Of a stretch of DNA of 64,000 nucleotides, positions 22,142 through 32,758 are shown in pieces. The notes below the pieces were generated by a model that was given only the letters and a program-made list of their open reading frames with translations, was not told the origin of the DNA and did no database searches. The stretch's first letter is position 1. Each line of letters opens with the position of its first letter. Origin of the DNA: an uncultured Clostridia bacterium (lineage in GTDB: Bacteria > Bacillota > Clostridia > TANB77 > CAG-508); assembly GCA_949388605.1 (NCBI GenBank), contig CASKJV010000009.1:1213-65212 (forward strand). Reading direction: 5' to 3'. A program made the translations under genes and the position numbers.

Positions 22142-22751
22142 TTAAAGAATTTCTTTTAAAAAAATTAATACATTAGTTGAAATATATACTTCAACTATAC
22201 TTGAAATAATTACTAATACTAAAGCAATTAGCATAATCGCTGTATGACGTATTACTTCTTCTTTTAAATTAATACATCTAGTATATATTCCTTTATATAA
22301 TTTTATGCCGATTTTCAGAAATTATAAAAAAAGCTGGTAAAAAAATAATATTTTGAAGTAATAGTGATGATATTGAAAAAATAGTTCCATTTTTTATTCC
22401 TAGAACAGCTATTATAGCAGATATTGTATATCCTATTGTAAAACCTTTATATATTATAGCAATATAAATAAAAATCCCACCAACTATTGTACATCCTAAA
22501 AACCAAATTAATAAAATGAAAGAAATATTTTGTTTTATACTTAAAAGCAAAATTTCAAGTTTATTAATTGAATCAGTTTCTTTAATATTTTTTATTAGTT
22601 CTCCAATATATGTATTTAATTCTATTCTTTGATTTTCATCAGAATTATTAATAAAAAATATTCCAATAGCAATTCCTATACAAAATAAGGTTATAATTAT
22701 TATAAAATTTTTTCTATTCCTACTTACATACTCTAATAAAATACTTTTCAT
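22142..22751 (-). CDS. spoIIM: Stage II sporulation protein M, split by a +1 frameshift at CGG (22310-22308)
   Basis: yqxK-like/spoIIM/xerD synteny; 147 codons to ..ISEN, then skipping C22310 gives GIKLYKG...IVEVYISTNVLIFLKEIL*, 202 aa total, a normal SpoIIM length. Confidence 0.85.
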
Positions 22752-22871
22752 CTTATACCCTTTACCTTTTGTTTTATACTCACTTTAATACTATCGAATT
22801 TTTATGATTATAAGAGTAATAAAACATTATTTTCTATTTCACTTAGTAAAGTGTATTCGGTAAATTTCTAA

Positions 22872-24059
22872 TTATTCAACTTTTCCGTAAACTCCTCCTC
22901 CGCCTTCTATAACATGCATCTTTCCATCACGCGCTGCCACAATATTTTTAGCCACTTTTTCCCCTACTACAGCTTCTATATCATCATTAGATAATTGATG
23001 TAAAATTGTCATCTCTGTTCCAAAATGTTTTAACAATTTATCTATTGTTTTTCCTCCTACTCCTGGAATAAAAGTAAGTGGATATTGATAAATGTATTCT
23101 GGTCTAGTTTCAGGACTTTTGGTTTCTTTTTTATCTTTTATTATTTCTATTCTGTCATAAACACCCATTGTTATATTTTTACTATCACATGTATCACATT
23201 TGGTAACTGGTGCTTCTCCTGGTATTCTTTTATCACATACTTCACAATAAGTTCTATGATATTTTCCAAGTTTAGGATCTAAACCATAATTTGCAACAAC
23301 TTTTCTACCATTTTCATTTTTTATTGCCATTAAAAATTCTTTAAAACTTATTCCATCAAGTTGCATTTTGTTATATTCTCTTGCTATTCTTGGCAATGAA
23401 TGTGCATCTGAATTTGTTAAAAAAGTTTTTGTTTCAAGTTCACTTATTTGATCTGCCAAAAAAGTATCAGAACTTAGCCCTAGCTCAATTGCAGGAATTT
23501 TGTGATATTTTTCTTTAAAAATTTTTCTTAAAGAATCTGTACAATTTCCATAAAAACTTTTATGAGGCGTAAAACAATGAGCTGGTATTAAAATTCCATT
23601 ATACTTTTCTACTATGTCTATTAAATCATATGCTGAAATATTTGCCCTTTGAGAACTTAAAGTAATATTTTTTATATGAGTACTCATTTCATTAGAAAAT
23701 GCTTTTATATCTGAAAGTTTTGGAAAATAACACAAATTATGAGCGCTTCCTGTTTTTCCTTCATCATTTATTTCTGATGTTTCAATTTCACTTCCAAGTA
23801 TAATGCAAACTTTATCTTTATATATTATTCCACCATCTGGAATTTCATAAGCTTCTCCACTTTTTAAAAAGTTTTCTATATCTTCAATTACATATGGTGA
23901 AGCACAATCTATAATTCCAACTAGATTAATTCCTTTTCTTTCTACACATTCTTTTGCAATATTTGCAAAATTTAAACTTCTTGCTGCTGTTATTTTTATT
24001 GGCTTATTATTTTCACTTCTTCCTATGTGAACATGTAAATCTGCATATATTTCGTACAT
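22872..24059 (-). CDS. Endonuclease Q / YqxK (TIGR00375) PHP-domain protein
   Basis: ADLHVH, PAH.FTP, ELGLSSD, NSDAHS, LGKYH..C..C, GGGGVYGK. Confidence 0.9.
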   Translation of the reverse strand: MYEIYADLHVHIGRSENNKPIKITAARSLNFANIAKECVERKGINLVGIIDCASPYVIEDIENFLKSGEAYEIPDGGIIYKDKVCIILGSEIETSEINDEGKTGSAHNLCYFPKLSDIKAFSNEMSTHIKNITLSSQRANISAYDLIDIVEKYNGILIPAHCFTPHKSFYGNCTDSLRKIFKEKYHKIPAIELGLSSDTFLADQISELETKTFLTNSDAHSLPRIAREYNKMQLDGISFKEFLMAIKNENGRKVVANYGLDPKLGKYHRTYCEVCDKRIPGEAPVTKCDTCDSKNITMGVYDRIEIIKDKKETKSPETRPEYIYQYPLTFIPGVGGKTIDKLLKHFGTEMTILHQLSNDDIEAVVGEKVAKNIVAARDGKMHVIEGGGGVYGKVE

Positions 24060-24214
24060 ATTTTCTCCTTTACTTACTATTTATATTTTTTGTATTTTTA
24101 AATTTGTAGTAAAAATATTGATTATTTTTCAATCGAACATATTATATGACAGAAAGTATTATTTTTCAATTACAAATTGCTTACATTTTCTTTCTGAATA
24201 AAGAACAAAAGTAG

Positions 24215-24360
24215 ACGATATGATAATTACAGAATACAAAAATTTACTAAATCTTCCACGTATTTGCTAGTAGTGCCGATTTTGTACAACAAAATCGTGT
24301 GCAAAAATTAGTGAAGCTTTTATTTAGTAGAAAGTGCAAATCATTTTCCTACTAAATAAA
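24215..24360. repeat. Longest copy of a dispersed structured intergenic repeat
   Basis: 24215-24302 matches 29850-29937 at 77/88 nt (manual count); 24319-24360 is a member of the palindrome family. Confidence 0.8.
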
Positions 24361-24388
24361 AAATAAAAGAGCGCTTTCGCACTCTTTT

Positions 24389-24735
24389 AGGCAAATCTAT
24401 AAGCCGGGTTCTGTCGTGAATAGTCATTTATCTAGAATATATATTGCTACATATTTCAAGCCACTCAAGGATTTATGAAAAAATGACGAGCAGTCTTAGC
24501 TTTTTCTACCAAGGTGTTGCCCCAAATAGGGTTTACACAGCCAGTACATCACTGTACTGCTGGTGGGCTTTTACTCCACCTTTTCACCTGAGCCAAAAAA
24601 TATGGCTGTTATTTTCTGTTGCACTTTCCCTAAGGTTACCCTCGCTTGACGTTATCAAGTATTATTGCTCTATGGGGCCCGGACTTTCCTCTCGCAATTC
24701 CTTTCGGAATTTGCCAGCGACTATTCAATTTACCT
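24389..24735 (-). ncRNA. rnpB: RNase P RNA
   Basis: Minus strand has GAGGAAAGTCCGGGC and ACAGAACCCGGCTTA conserved P4 strands; terminal P1 pairing; terminator 24365-24388. Confidence 0.96.
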
Positions 24736-24788
24736 ATTGTTAATTTTACTCTCTTTATTGTTTTTAGTCAAGTTGAAATGTTTCTTAA

Positions 24789-26348
24789 TTATTCTTTTTC
24801 TAGAATCTTAATTGCACATTTAATTCCGTCAACACCTGCTGTCATAATTCCTCCTGCATATCCTACACCTTCACCACAAGGATATATTCCTTTTATATTT
24901 GACTCTAGATTTTCATTTCTTAAAATTCTAACTGGTGATGAACTTCTAGATTCAATTGCTGTTAAAATACTATCTGGATTTGCAAAACCTTTAATTTTCT
25001 TATCAAAATCTAAGATTCCTTCTTTTAATGTTTCTACAATATAATTTGGAAAAAGTTCTTGTAAATTAGATAAAGTTATTCCTGGTTTATAAGTTGGTTT
25101 TATGCTACCTATTTTAGTAGTCTTTCTATTTCTTAAAAAATCTTCTACTCTTTGAACTGGTGCATAAAAATTGTTCCCTCCTAATTCAAATGCCTTTTGT
25201 TCTAATTTTGCTTGAAAATACATTCCTTCTAATGGTGAATCACCTTTAAAATCTTCTGGTGTAACATCTACAAGAACAGCACTATTGGCATTTTCTCCAT
25301 CCCTTGCAAATTTACTCATTCCATTTGTTACTATTTCCCCATTGTTACTTGAAGATCCTATAACAACACCTCCTGGACACATGCAAAAAGTGTAACATGA
25401 ACGCTCTTTTCCATGATAAGCTAATTTGTATTCTGCTGGTGGTAAATTCAATTTTGTATTGTTTCCATATTGAGAATTATTTATCATTTTTTGTTTATGC
25501 TCTATTCTAACTCCTACTGAAAAACTCTTTTTTTCCATATTTATTCCTTTTGAATAAAGCTTTTCAATTGTGTCTCTTGCGCTATGCCCTATTGCTAAAA
25601 CAACAATATTTGTTTCGATTTTTCTGTTTTTGTTTGTATAAATAGATTTTATTTTTGCATTTTCTATTTCAAAGTCAATAACTTTCTCTTCAAATAAAAA
25701 CGTTCCCCCCATACTTATAATATAATTTCTCATATTTGAAACTACATTAATTAAATTATCTGTTCCAATATGCGGTTTATTTATATACATTATTTGATTT
25801 GGTGCACCAAAATTAACAAATTCTTTTAATACTTTTCTACATAGTGGATTTTTACTATTACTTGTTAATTTTCCATCAGAAAATGTTCCTGCTCCACCTT
25901 CACCAAATTGAACATTTGAACTGGTATTTAATTTTCCCATTTCTAAAAAATTATCTACATCCTTTTTTCTATCTTCAACTTTTTTCCCTTGTTCAATAAT
26001 TATAGGTTTAATTCCATTTTGAATTAAAATTAAAGCACAAAATAGCCCAGCAGGACCTGCTCCAATAATTACAGGTCTCGTCTCGGCTTTTCTTTTTATG
26101 TTTATATTTATATTAGAATCTTCTTCATTAACTTCTTTAACATTTTTTAAAGTTTTATTTCTATTATAATCAATATCGATAGTATAATTATAGAAAATTT
26201 TGTCTTTATTTCTAGCATCTATGGACTTTTTATAAATAGTATATTTTTTTACATTTTTAAAATCTAATTTATACTTTTGGCAAGCTATTTTTACAACATC
26301 TTCTTCTGTCAAGTCTTCATAAATTTTAATATTTTCTAATCTTAACAT
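24789..26348 (-). CDS. FAD-dependent oxidoreductase (HI0933-related NAD(P)/FAD dehydrogenase)
   Basis: GAGPAG, FGEGGAGTFSDGKL, PHIGTD, FCMCPGG, GEGVGYAGGI; likely start MLRLENIKI. Confidence 0.88.
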   Translation of the reverse strand: MLRLENIKIYEDLTEEDVVKIACQKYKLDFKNVKKYTIYKKSIDARNKDKIFYNYTIDIDYNRNKTLKNVKEVNEEDSNININIKRKAETRPVIIGAGPAGLFCALILIQNGIKPIIIEQGKKVEDRKKDVDNFLEMGKLNTSSNVQFGEGGAGTFSDGKLTSNSKNPLCRKVLKEFVNFGAPNQIMYINKPHIGTDNLINVVSNMRNYIISMGGTFLFEEKVIDFEIENAKIKSIYTNKNRKIETNIVVLAIGHSARDTIEKLYSKGINMEKKSFSVGVRIEHKQKMINNSQYGNNTKLNLPPAEYKLAYHGKERSCYTFCMCPGGVVIGSSSNNGEIVTNGMSKFARDGENANSAVLVDVTPEDFKGDSPLEGMYFQAKLEQKAFELGGNNFYAPVQRVEDFLRNRKTTKIGSIKPTYKPGITLSNLQELFPNYIVETLKEGILDFDKKIKGFANPDSILTAIESRSSSPVRILRNENLESNIKGIYPCGEGVGYAGGIMTAGVDGIKCAIKILEKE

Positions 26349-26349
26349 T

Positions 26350-27024
26350 TTATCTATCTCCATCATAATCTGTTTGTGTTTTATAAGTAGAGCTCGCATA
26401 ATTTGGTATTAATGCAGATATCTCATTTACTAAATTTTTGGACATTGATTCTTCAGCAATTTTTTCTGGAAGTGCTTCTAGTGGTAGATTCATATTATCT
26501 GGTAAAATTCCTATTGGTTCATAAAGTTTAAAATAATCATCGTTTTTTCCTAATGCTGCACAACATAAAGTACCTTTATTTTCTTCCCATGCATCATCAT
26601 CAAAAATACTTCTTTCAAGAGTTGGATCAAAATAATAATATTCTTTTCCAAGCTTAACAATATTAGCAAGATGAGACATACCAGATTTTTTAGATTTCAA
26701 TAAAACAATGTCTGATTCAGCAATACTATGCATTAACAAATGTTTAAAAAGTATTGTATTAGTTGTTGCTGAACCAGGATTATTAGTTATTCCTATATAT
26801 AAATTATGAATATATATATTGTTTCTATCTTCAGATTTTATATCTGGAGTATATTTTGCAAAATTTGGATTAGACTTTTGAAATACAAATTTATACAATT
26901 TTATAGCACTTGCTAATTGGTTAAGTAATCTGAAAGACTTTTTCACACCTAACAAACTTAATATCTGTTTTGTTTTTTCATTTATAATATTCTGTTTTTC
27001 AAAATTAGTTAATTCTTTGTTCAC
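26350..27024 (-). CDS. Hypothetical protein, possibly degenerate transglutaminase/papain-like fold
   Basis: H..N.V..G..YYYFDPT pattern. Confidence 0.5.
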   Translation of the reverse strand: MNKELTNFEKQNIINEKTKQILSLLGVKKSFRLLNQLASAIKLYKFVFQKSNPNFAKYTPDIKSEDRNNIYIHNLYIGITNNPGSATTNTILFKHLLMHSIAESDIVLLKSKKSGMSHLANIVKLGKEYYYFDPTLERSIFDDDAWEENKGTLCCAALGKNDDYFKLYEPIGILPDNMNLPLEALPEKIAEESMSKNLVNEISALIPNYASSTYKTQTDYDGDR

Positions 27025-27045
27025 AACAAAACTCTTCCTTCTAAC

Positions 27046-27426
27046 CTATTTTACTTCTACTTTCCATAATTCATGTTTGTTACAATAAGCATATATTGTA
27101 GAACCTGGAATATATTTAAAATGTGTTTTAGCTTCCATTCCTGGTTTTAAATATGTAATACATTCTCTTCCATCATTTACTATACTAATCCATTCAATAT
27201 AGTGTTCTTCTTCCATTACATGATTTACTGTTACATAAATTTTGTCCTCTTTTATTTCATAAACAGGAACATGTTTTTCTATTGCAGCATCAACTGAATT
27301 TGGTTTTATAACCTTCATTTCCTTTTCACAACATATAATTCCGCAATTTGAACAATTGCAATCTTTAATAACTTTTATTGTTGCACCACAATTATTACAT
27401 TTTTTTATAATTAATTCATTATTCAT
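27046..27426 (-). CDS. dfx: Desulfoferrodoxin / superoxide reductase
   Basis: CNNCG...ICC, EKHVP, HVMEEEHYIEWI, YCNKHELW. Confidence 0.92.
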   Translation of the reverse strand: MNNELIIKKCNNCGATIKVIKDCNCSNCGIICCEKEMKVIKPNSVDAAIEKHVPVYEIKEDKIYVTVNHVMEEEHYIEWISIVNDGRECITYLKPGMEAKTHFKYIPGSTIYAYCNKHELWKVEVK

Positions 27427-27489
27427 AATAAAATATTCCTTTCAAATTTAATATAAATATAATATCATATAAGATTTTTTTTATCAATC

Positions 27490-28188
27490 TTATATTTTCA
27501 AAATTAAATTATCTAAAATCTGAGCAACTCTTTTGGAAGCATCTTTTAAGTAAGTATGGAAATCTATTTTATTATTTCCATTAGGAGTATCTGAAATTCC
27601 TCTAATTACTAAAAAAGGAATATTGTCTAAAAAGCATACTTGTCCAATTGCAGCTCCTTCCATTTCTAGGCATTCCATTCCAAATTCTTCTCTTATTTTT
27701 ATTGCTCTTTTAGGATCTGCAAAAAACATGTCTGCTGAACCAATTCTACCAATTTTTATATTAAAGTCTCTATCCTTCATATCTTCTATAGTTTTTTCGC
27801 ATAGCTTTATAAGCTTTTCATCAGAATAGAAATATTTTCCTACATCACATATCTCACCTTTTTCATAATTTCCTACTTGAGTTATATCAAAGTCATATTG
27901 AATTAACTCTTTACCAATAACAATATCTTTAATATTTAGTTCTGTTGTAATACTTCCAGCAGAACCTACATTTATTACACAATCAATTTTAAATTTATCA
28001 AGCATAACTTGTGTTGTTCTAGCAGCATTTACCTTACCAACACCACATTCTACCAAAACACATTCTCTATTATGTATGTTTCCAATATAAAAAGTTAAAT
28101 TATATAATTTTTCTTCAGAAATATTTTCCATAATATTTTTTATAGCATTCATTTCTTCAAATTCTGCTGCAATAATTCCTATTCTCAT
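27490..28188 (-). CDS. mtnN: 5'-methylthioadenosine/S-adenosylhomocysteine nucleosidase
   Basis: GVGKVNAA, INVGSAG, EMEGAA, IRGISD. Confidence 0.93.
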   Translation of the reverse strand: MRIGIIAAEFEEMNAIKNIMENISEEKLYNLTFYIGNIHNRECVLVECGVGKVNAARTTQVMLDKFKIDCVINVGSAGSITTELNIKDIVIGKELIQYDFDITQVGNYEKGEICDVGKYFYSDEKLIKLCEKTIEDMKDRDFNIKIGRIGSADMFFADPKRAIKIREEFGMECLEMEGAAIGQVCFLDNIPFLVIRGISDTPNGNNKIDFHTYLKDASKRVAQILDNLILKI

Positions 28189-28346
28189 TTAATTACTCCT
28201 TTTATATTAATTTAATTTATAATATTTATAATTTGGCTAAATAAAGCGTTTTAACATAATATTATTTTTAAATAATATTATGTTTTTTAATAAATATTTA
28301 TTTTTATAGAAATAATATTTTTGTAATTGTTATAATATATAGTTAC

Positions 28347-28871
28347 TTATTCTCCTTCAAATTCTATAACTGTTTTAATATCATATTTCTTAAGTTTTTG
28401 TTTACCTTTCAAGTCTGGTAAATCTATTAAACAGCAAATTCTTTTTACATCTCCACCTAGCTTTTCTACTAATTTTGCAATTGCTTCTAATGTTCCTCCA
28501 GTTGCAATTAAATCGTCAATAATAACAACTTTTTGTCCTTTTTGTATAGCATCTTTGTGAATTTCAATTGTTGCACTTCCATATTCTAAATCATATGATT
28601 CTTCAATTGTTTCATATGGTAGCTTACCTTTTTTTCTAACTGGAACAAAAGATTTATTTAAATTATAAGCAATTGGCATCCCAAATATAAAACCTCTTGA
28701 TTCTGGTGCAACAATTACATCAAATTCAATATCTTTTAAAACTTCTTGCATAGAATTTATTGCTAATTGTAATCCTTCTTTATCTTGAAGAACACTAGTA
28801 ATATCTCTGAAAACAATACCTTTTTCTGGAAAATTGGGAATACTTCTTACATACTCTTTTAAACTTTTCAT
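28347..28871 (-). CDS. apt: Adenine phosphoribosyltransferase
   Basis: FPEKGIVFRDI, ESRGF, RKKGKLP, IDDLIATGGT. Confidence 0.97.
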   Translation of the reverse strand: MKSLKEYVRSIPNFPEKGIVFRDITSVLQDKEGLQLAINSMQEVLKDIEFDVIVAPESRGFIFGMPIAYNLNKSFVPVRKKGKLPYETIEESYDLEYGSATIEIHKDAIQKGQKVVIIDDLIATGGTLEAIAKLVEKLGGDVKRICCLIDLPDLKGKQKLKKYDIKTVIEFEGE

Positions 28872-28881
28872 AATTTCACCT

Positions 28882-29730
28882 TTAACCTTTAATTAGTATA
28901 ATTCCTAAAATAATTAAACATGCTGCTATTATTTTTCTTAATAAATTATCTTTTTCTTTTAAACAAAAATATCCAACAATAACATTTATTATTACTATTA
29001 ATGAGCATAATGGAGCTACTACACTAACATTTCCTAATTGATATGCTCTTAATTGTGCAACAATACAAAAAGACCATGTAATTGATGTTACTAGAATTGG
29101 AATTCTATTTTCTTTAGTAAATTCATTTTTCAAATCTGATAATTTTATTCGTTCTATAAGTATTATTAAAATTGCTGGTATTCCTAAAGTTAACATTACA
29201 TAAAATGGCAAATTGAAATTTTCTGAATAGTTAACATCTAGGAATAATGCGATTGTATAACATAAATTTGAAACAATTCCTAGTGCAACATACTTATTTA
29301 CTTTTCCATCACCTTTTTTATAGAAAATTATTATATTACTAAAAATTATTAAAAATGCTCCTATAAATTTACTAATTACAAATGGTTCTTTAAAAAATAA
29401 AAATCCTGAAAATGTCATAAATACTGTTGATAATTGTTTTATAATACTAAATGTCGATGCCTCTATACCTTTTCTTACTGTAGTATTTAATCTATCTGTT
29501 ATTGCATAAAAAATAATTGATAACCCTAAAAATAAATATACTTTTAGGTCTGTTGGAAATTTCACTTCAAAAAATGGACATAAAACCAATACTAAAATTG
29601 ATGCTAGTATTTCTAAAAGTACAGTTAAAGCTCCTGGCTTTTTCATTTTTTTAGTAGCTATTTTATAGGTTTGATCAAATATTACTGCTATTATTAAATA
29701 TAACATTACATGTATTATCCAATTGTTCAA
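28882..29730 (-). CDS. EamA/DMT family transporter
   Basis: Two repeats ending FKE/LKE, ~10 TM; GGAGG RBS favours TTG start at 29730. Confidence 0.85.
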   Translation of the reverse strand: MNNWIIHVMLYLIIAVIFDQTYKIATKKMKKPGALTVLLEILASILVLVLCPFFEVKFPTDLKVYLFLGLSIIFYAITDRLNTTVRKGIEASTFSIIKQLSTVFMTFSGFLFFKEPFVISKFIGAFLIIFSNIIIFYKKGDGKVNKYVALGIVSNLCYTIALFLDVNYSENFNLPFYVMLTLGIPAILIILIERIKLSDLKNEFTKENRIPILVTSITWSFCIVAQLRAYQLGNVSVVAPLCSLIVIINVIVGYFCLKEKDNLLRKIIAACLIILGIILIKG

Positions 29731-29849
29731 TTTATTTTCCTCCATAATAATTTTTTACTGTATTATATTATTAGCAAAATTATTTTATCATAGTTTCACA
29801 TTCTTTACAATTATATTTTATATTAAAGTAAACATTATAATAAAAGTGA

Positions 29850-29937
29850 ACGATATGATAATTACAAAATACAAAAATTTACTAAATCGTCCACATATTT
29901 GTTCGAAGTGCCGATTTTGTCGTACAAAATTGTATGC
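29850..29937. repeat. Second copy of 88-nt structured repeat
   Basis: Near-identical to 24215-24302. Confidence 0.8.
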
Positions 29938-30018
29938 GTCTTTGTTCGCATACCTATTATTGAAAAAAGGCAAAATATAACCATTTTCATAATTATATTT
30001 TGCCTTTTTATTTCATTA

Positions 30019-30324
30019 TTAAGGTATATATCTTCTTAAAGTTCCATCACTATTATACATAGGAGAAAGACCTCCGCCATGATTTTCCTCAATATATGTC
30101 CACATAACCATTGTTTCGGAATCATACATAATATACTGTATTAGACAAGAATTTTCTATTGTTTTTTCAGATAATACAATAAAATTACCAAAGTTTCTTT
30201 CTTCTTCTTCTACAATTTTTTTGGCATCATTACTTTCTTTTTCAGAATTGTCACAGCCAAGCATAAAGATTGTAATAAGTAACATTACAATAATAATTGC
30301 AAAATTGCTCCGTTTTTTTGTCAT
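30019..30324 (-). CDS. Lipoprotein with one YD.ETMV...M.N.DGT.R.Y domain (DUF6440-like)
   Basis: Lipobox MLGC; GGAGG RBS before ATG 30324; paralog of 32759-33451. Confidence 0.7.
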   Translation of the reverse strand: MTKKRSNFAIIIVMLLITIFMLGCDNSEKESNDAKKIVEEEERNFGNFIVLSEKTIENSCLIQYIMYDSETMVMWTYIEENHGGGLSPMYNSDGTLRRYIP

Positions 30325-30498
30325 AATAATAACCTCCATTTTAATTTGTTTTATACTTGTAGTTTACAGTTACTATAAACTAAATAATCAATTTTTAATA
30401 TTCATTATTTAGTTTTAAAAACGATATATTAATACATTGCAATATATTATATACTAAATTTACATAATTTTCAATCATTAAATTTAAAATTTTAGTAT

Positions 30499-32520
30499 TT
30501 ATACTAATATTTCTTCTTTTTCTTTTATAAAATCGCAAATTAATTGTGCTGATTTTTCAACACCTAATGTATCCGAATTTATACAAATGTCATAATTTGA
30601 AGATTTGTTCCAGTCGTTTCCTGTATAATACTTATAATGATTACTTCTTAATTTATCAATTTGTTTTATTTCCTTTTTAGCTTTTTCTTTATCCATTCCA
30701 TAAAATTCTATTGCTCTATTAATTTTATTTTCCATATCACTATAAATAAATATTTTTACTACATTTTCTTTATCTTTTAGAATAAAATCTGCACATCTTC
30801 CAATTATTACACAAGATTCTTTGTTTGCTACCTCTTTTATTAATTCTGATTCTTTTAAAAATAAATCATCTCTATTATCTAATCCAAAATAGTATCCATT
30901 ATTTAAACTAGCTAAACTATTTCTCTTTTGTTCATTAGATTCTATATATTCTTCACTTAATCCTGTTTCCTTAGCTAATTTTACTATAAAATCTTTATCA
31001 TAAAATTTAATTCCTAATATATCAGCAATTAATCTTCCAATGTATCTACCTCCTGAACCATATTCTCTAGAAATAGTTATTACTACATTTTTATTTAACT
31101 TATTTTCTGTACTTGTATCATCAACTAATGATTGACTGTTAATACTTGATTTTTTTAAATGTTTAACTTCTATAGTTAACAATATACAAGAAACAATGAA
31201 TGCTAGTCCATCAGCAACTGGTCCTGCATGCAATAAGCCTTTTATACCAAAACTTGATCCTAAAATAAAAAAGGCTGGTATTAGAAATAGTATTTGTCTA
31301 CTTAATGATAATATAGCACTTTTGGTGCTTTTTCCAATTGCTTGGAAGAAAATACCTGATGGTATTTGTATACCATTACATATGCAAAGAACCAAATAAG
31401 TTTTAAAAGATAAACAAGCAAATTCTATGTATATTTCTGCAGTTTCTCCTTCTGCACTACCAAATATATTTATTAATTTGTCTGGTATGGTTTGGAATAG
31501 TATAAAAGCAAAAGTACTTACTACAACACCTAATCCTAAAACTGTTTTTAAAGTCTTTTTTACTCTATCAAATTTTCCAGCGCCATAGTTGTATCCAAGT
31601 ATTGGTTGTGAACCTGCTGCAATTCCTATTATAATACTGTTTAAAATTTGACTTGTTTTCATAACAATTCCAAATACTGTTATTGGAATGTCTGATCCAA
31701 ATTTTGACATTGCACCATATTTGCTAAATAAATTATTTTGTACTGTCATAACACAAACAAAACTCATTTGTGTTATAAAACTACTTATTCCTAAAGATGC
31801 TACTTTAATACTTCTTTTTAATTCAAATTTGAAATTGGTTTTATTAAATTCTATTGTTTTAAATTTTCTTATATATAAAACATTCATTACAAAAGTAACT
31901 ATTTGACTTATTACTGTTGCAGTTGCTGCTCCCCATACTCCTTTATGATATACAAATATAAATATTGGATCTAATATAATATTTAAAATAGCTCCTGTTA
32001 CCATAGATGTCATTGCATATTTAGGTGATCCATCTGCTCTAATTATTGAATTTAAGGTAGATCCAATTATCATAAAAGGTAATCCTAAAACAATAACATG
32101 TCCATATTCTAATGCGTATTCTCTTAACCCATCTGTACATCCAAATAAATTTAAAAGTTGTGGTAAAAATACAAAGCTTCCTAAACATAAAACTAAAGAA
32201 ACTACTATTGCCATTATAATTCCATTTGTAACGCCTTTACATGCTTCTTCTTTTTTGTTTTCACCTAATTTTAAACTTAAATATGCAGATGCACCATCAC
32301 CTATCATAAAGGCAAATGCCATAGCTAGTATACTAATTGGAAATACTACATTTGTTGCTCCATTTCCTAAATATCCTACTCCTCTTCCTATAAATACTTG
32401 ATCTACAATATTATATAATGAATTTACTAGTAGTGATATTACACAAGGAACTGAAAATTTCAACATTAATTTACTAATTTTTTCATAACCTAAAATATTT
32501 TCTTCTTTTTCCATTTTCAT
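30499..32520 (-). CDS. MATE efflux transporter fused to cytidylate-kinase-like domain
   Basis: LYNIVD..F.G, RADGSP, NIILDP MATE motifs; C-terminal ITISREYGSGG, VIIGRCAD, YDICINS. Confidence 0.88.
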   Translation of the reverse strand: MKMEKEENILGYEKISKLMLKFSVPCVISLLVNSLYNIVDQVFIGRGVGYLGNGATNVVFPISILAMAFAFMIGDGASAYLSLKLGENKKEEACKGVTNGIIMAIVVSLVLCLGSFVFLPQLLNLFGCTDGLREYALEYGHVIVLGLPFMIIGSTLNSIIRADGSPKYAMTSMVTGAILNIILDPIFIFVYHKGVWGAATATVISQIVTFVMNVLYIRKFKTIEFNKTNFKFELKRSIKVASLGISSFITQMSFVCVMTVQNNLFSKYGAMSKFGSDIPITVFGIVMKTSQILNSIIIGIAAGSQPILGYNYGAGKFDRVKKTLKTVLGLGVVVSTFAFILFQTIPDKLINIFGSAEGETAEIYIEFACLSFKTYLVLCICNGIQIPSGIFFQAIGKSTKSAILSLSRQILFLIPAFFILGSSFGIKGLLHAGPVADGLAFIVSCILLTIEVKHLKKSSINSQSLVDDTSTENKLNKNVVITISREYGSGGRYIGRLIADILGIKFYDKDFIVKLAKETGLSEEYIESNEQKRNSLASLNNGYYFGLDNRDDLFLKESELIKEVANKESCVIIGRCADFILKDKENVVKIFIYSDMENKINRAIEFYGMDKEKAKKEIKQIDKLRSNHYKYYTGNDWNKSSNYDICINSDTLGVEKSAQLICDFIKEKEEILV

Positions 32521-32758
32521 CTCCCTTTCTATTTACAATTTTTCCAACAGGCCTTCTATAAAATATACCAATTTTGCTGAAGGCTTATTATAGGTAAGTT
32601 CTTCAAAGTTCCTATAATATAAAGTAATACTTATATTGTATTAAATATTTGTACACATCTTTTCTATTATAACATTTTACATTTTTTTCTTCAACCCCAA
32701 TAATATTTTTTTATATGATAAAGAGCTTACACTATACTTTCAGTGTAAGCCCTTATTA

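Noticed and set aside
24444-25044. Plus-strand ORFs of 99 and 132 aa
   Set aside because: Antisense shadows of rnpB and the oxidoreductase
29723-29980. 85-aa ORF with a CxxC-like stretch over the repeat
   Set aside because: No RBS, and the sister copy at 24220 has tandem TAG stops in this frame
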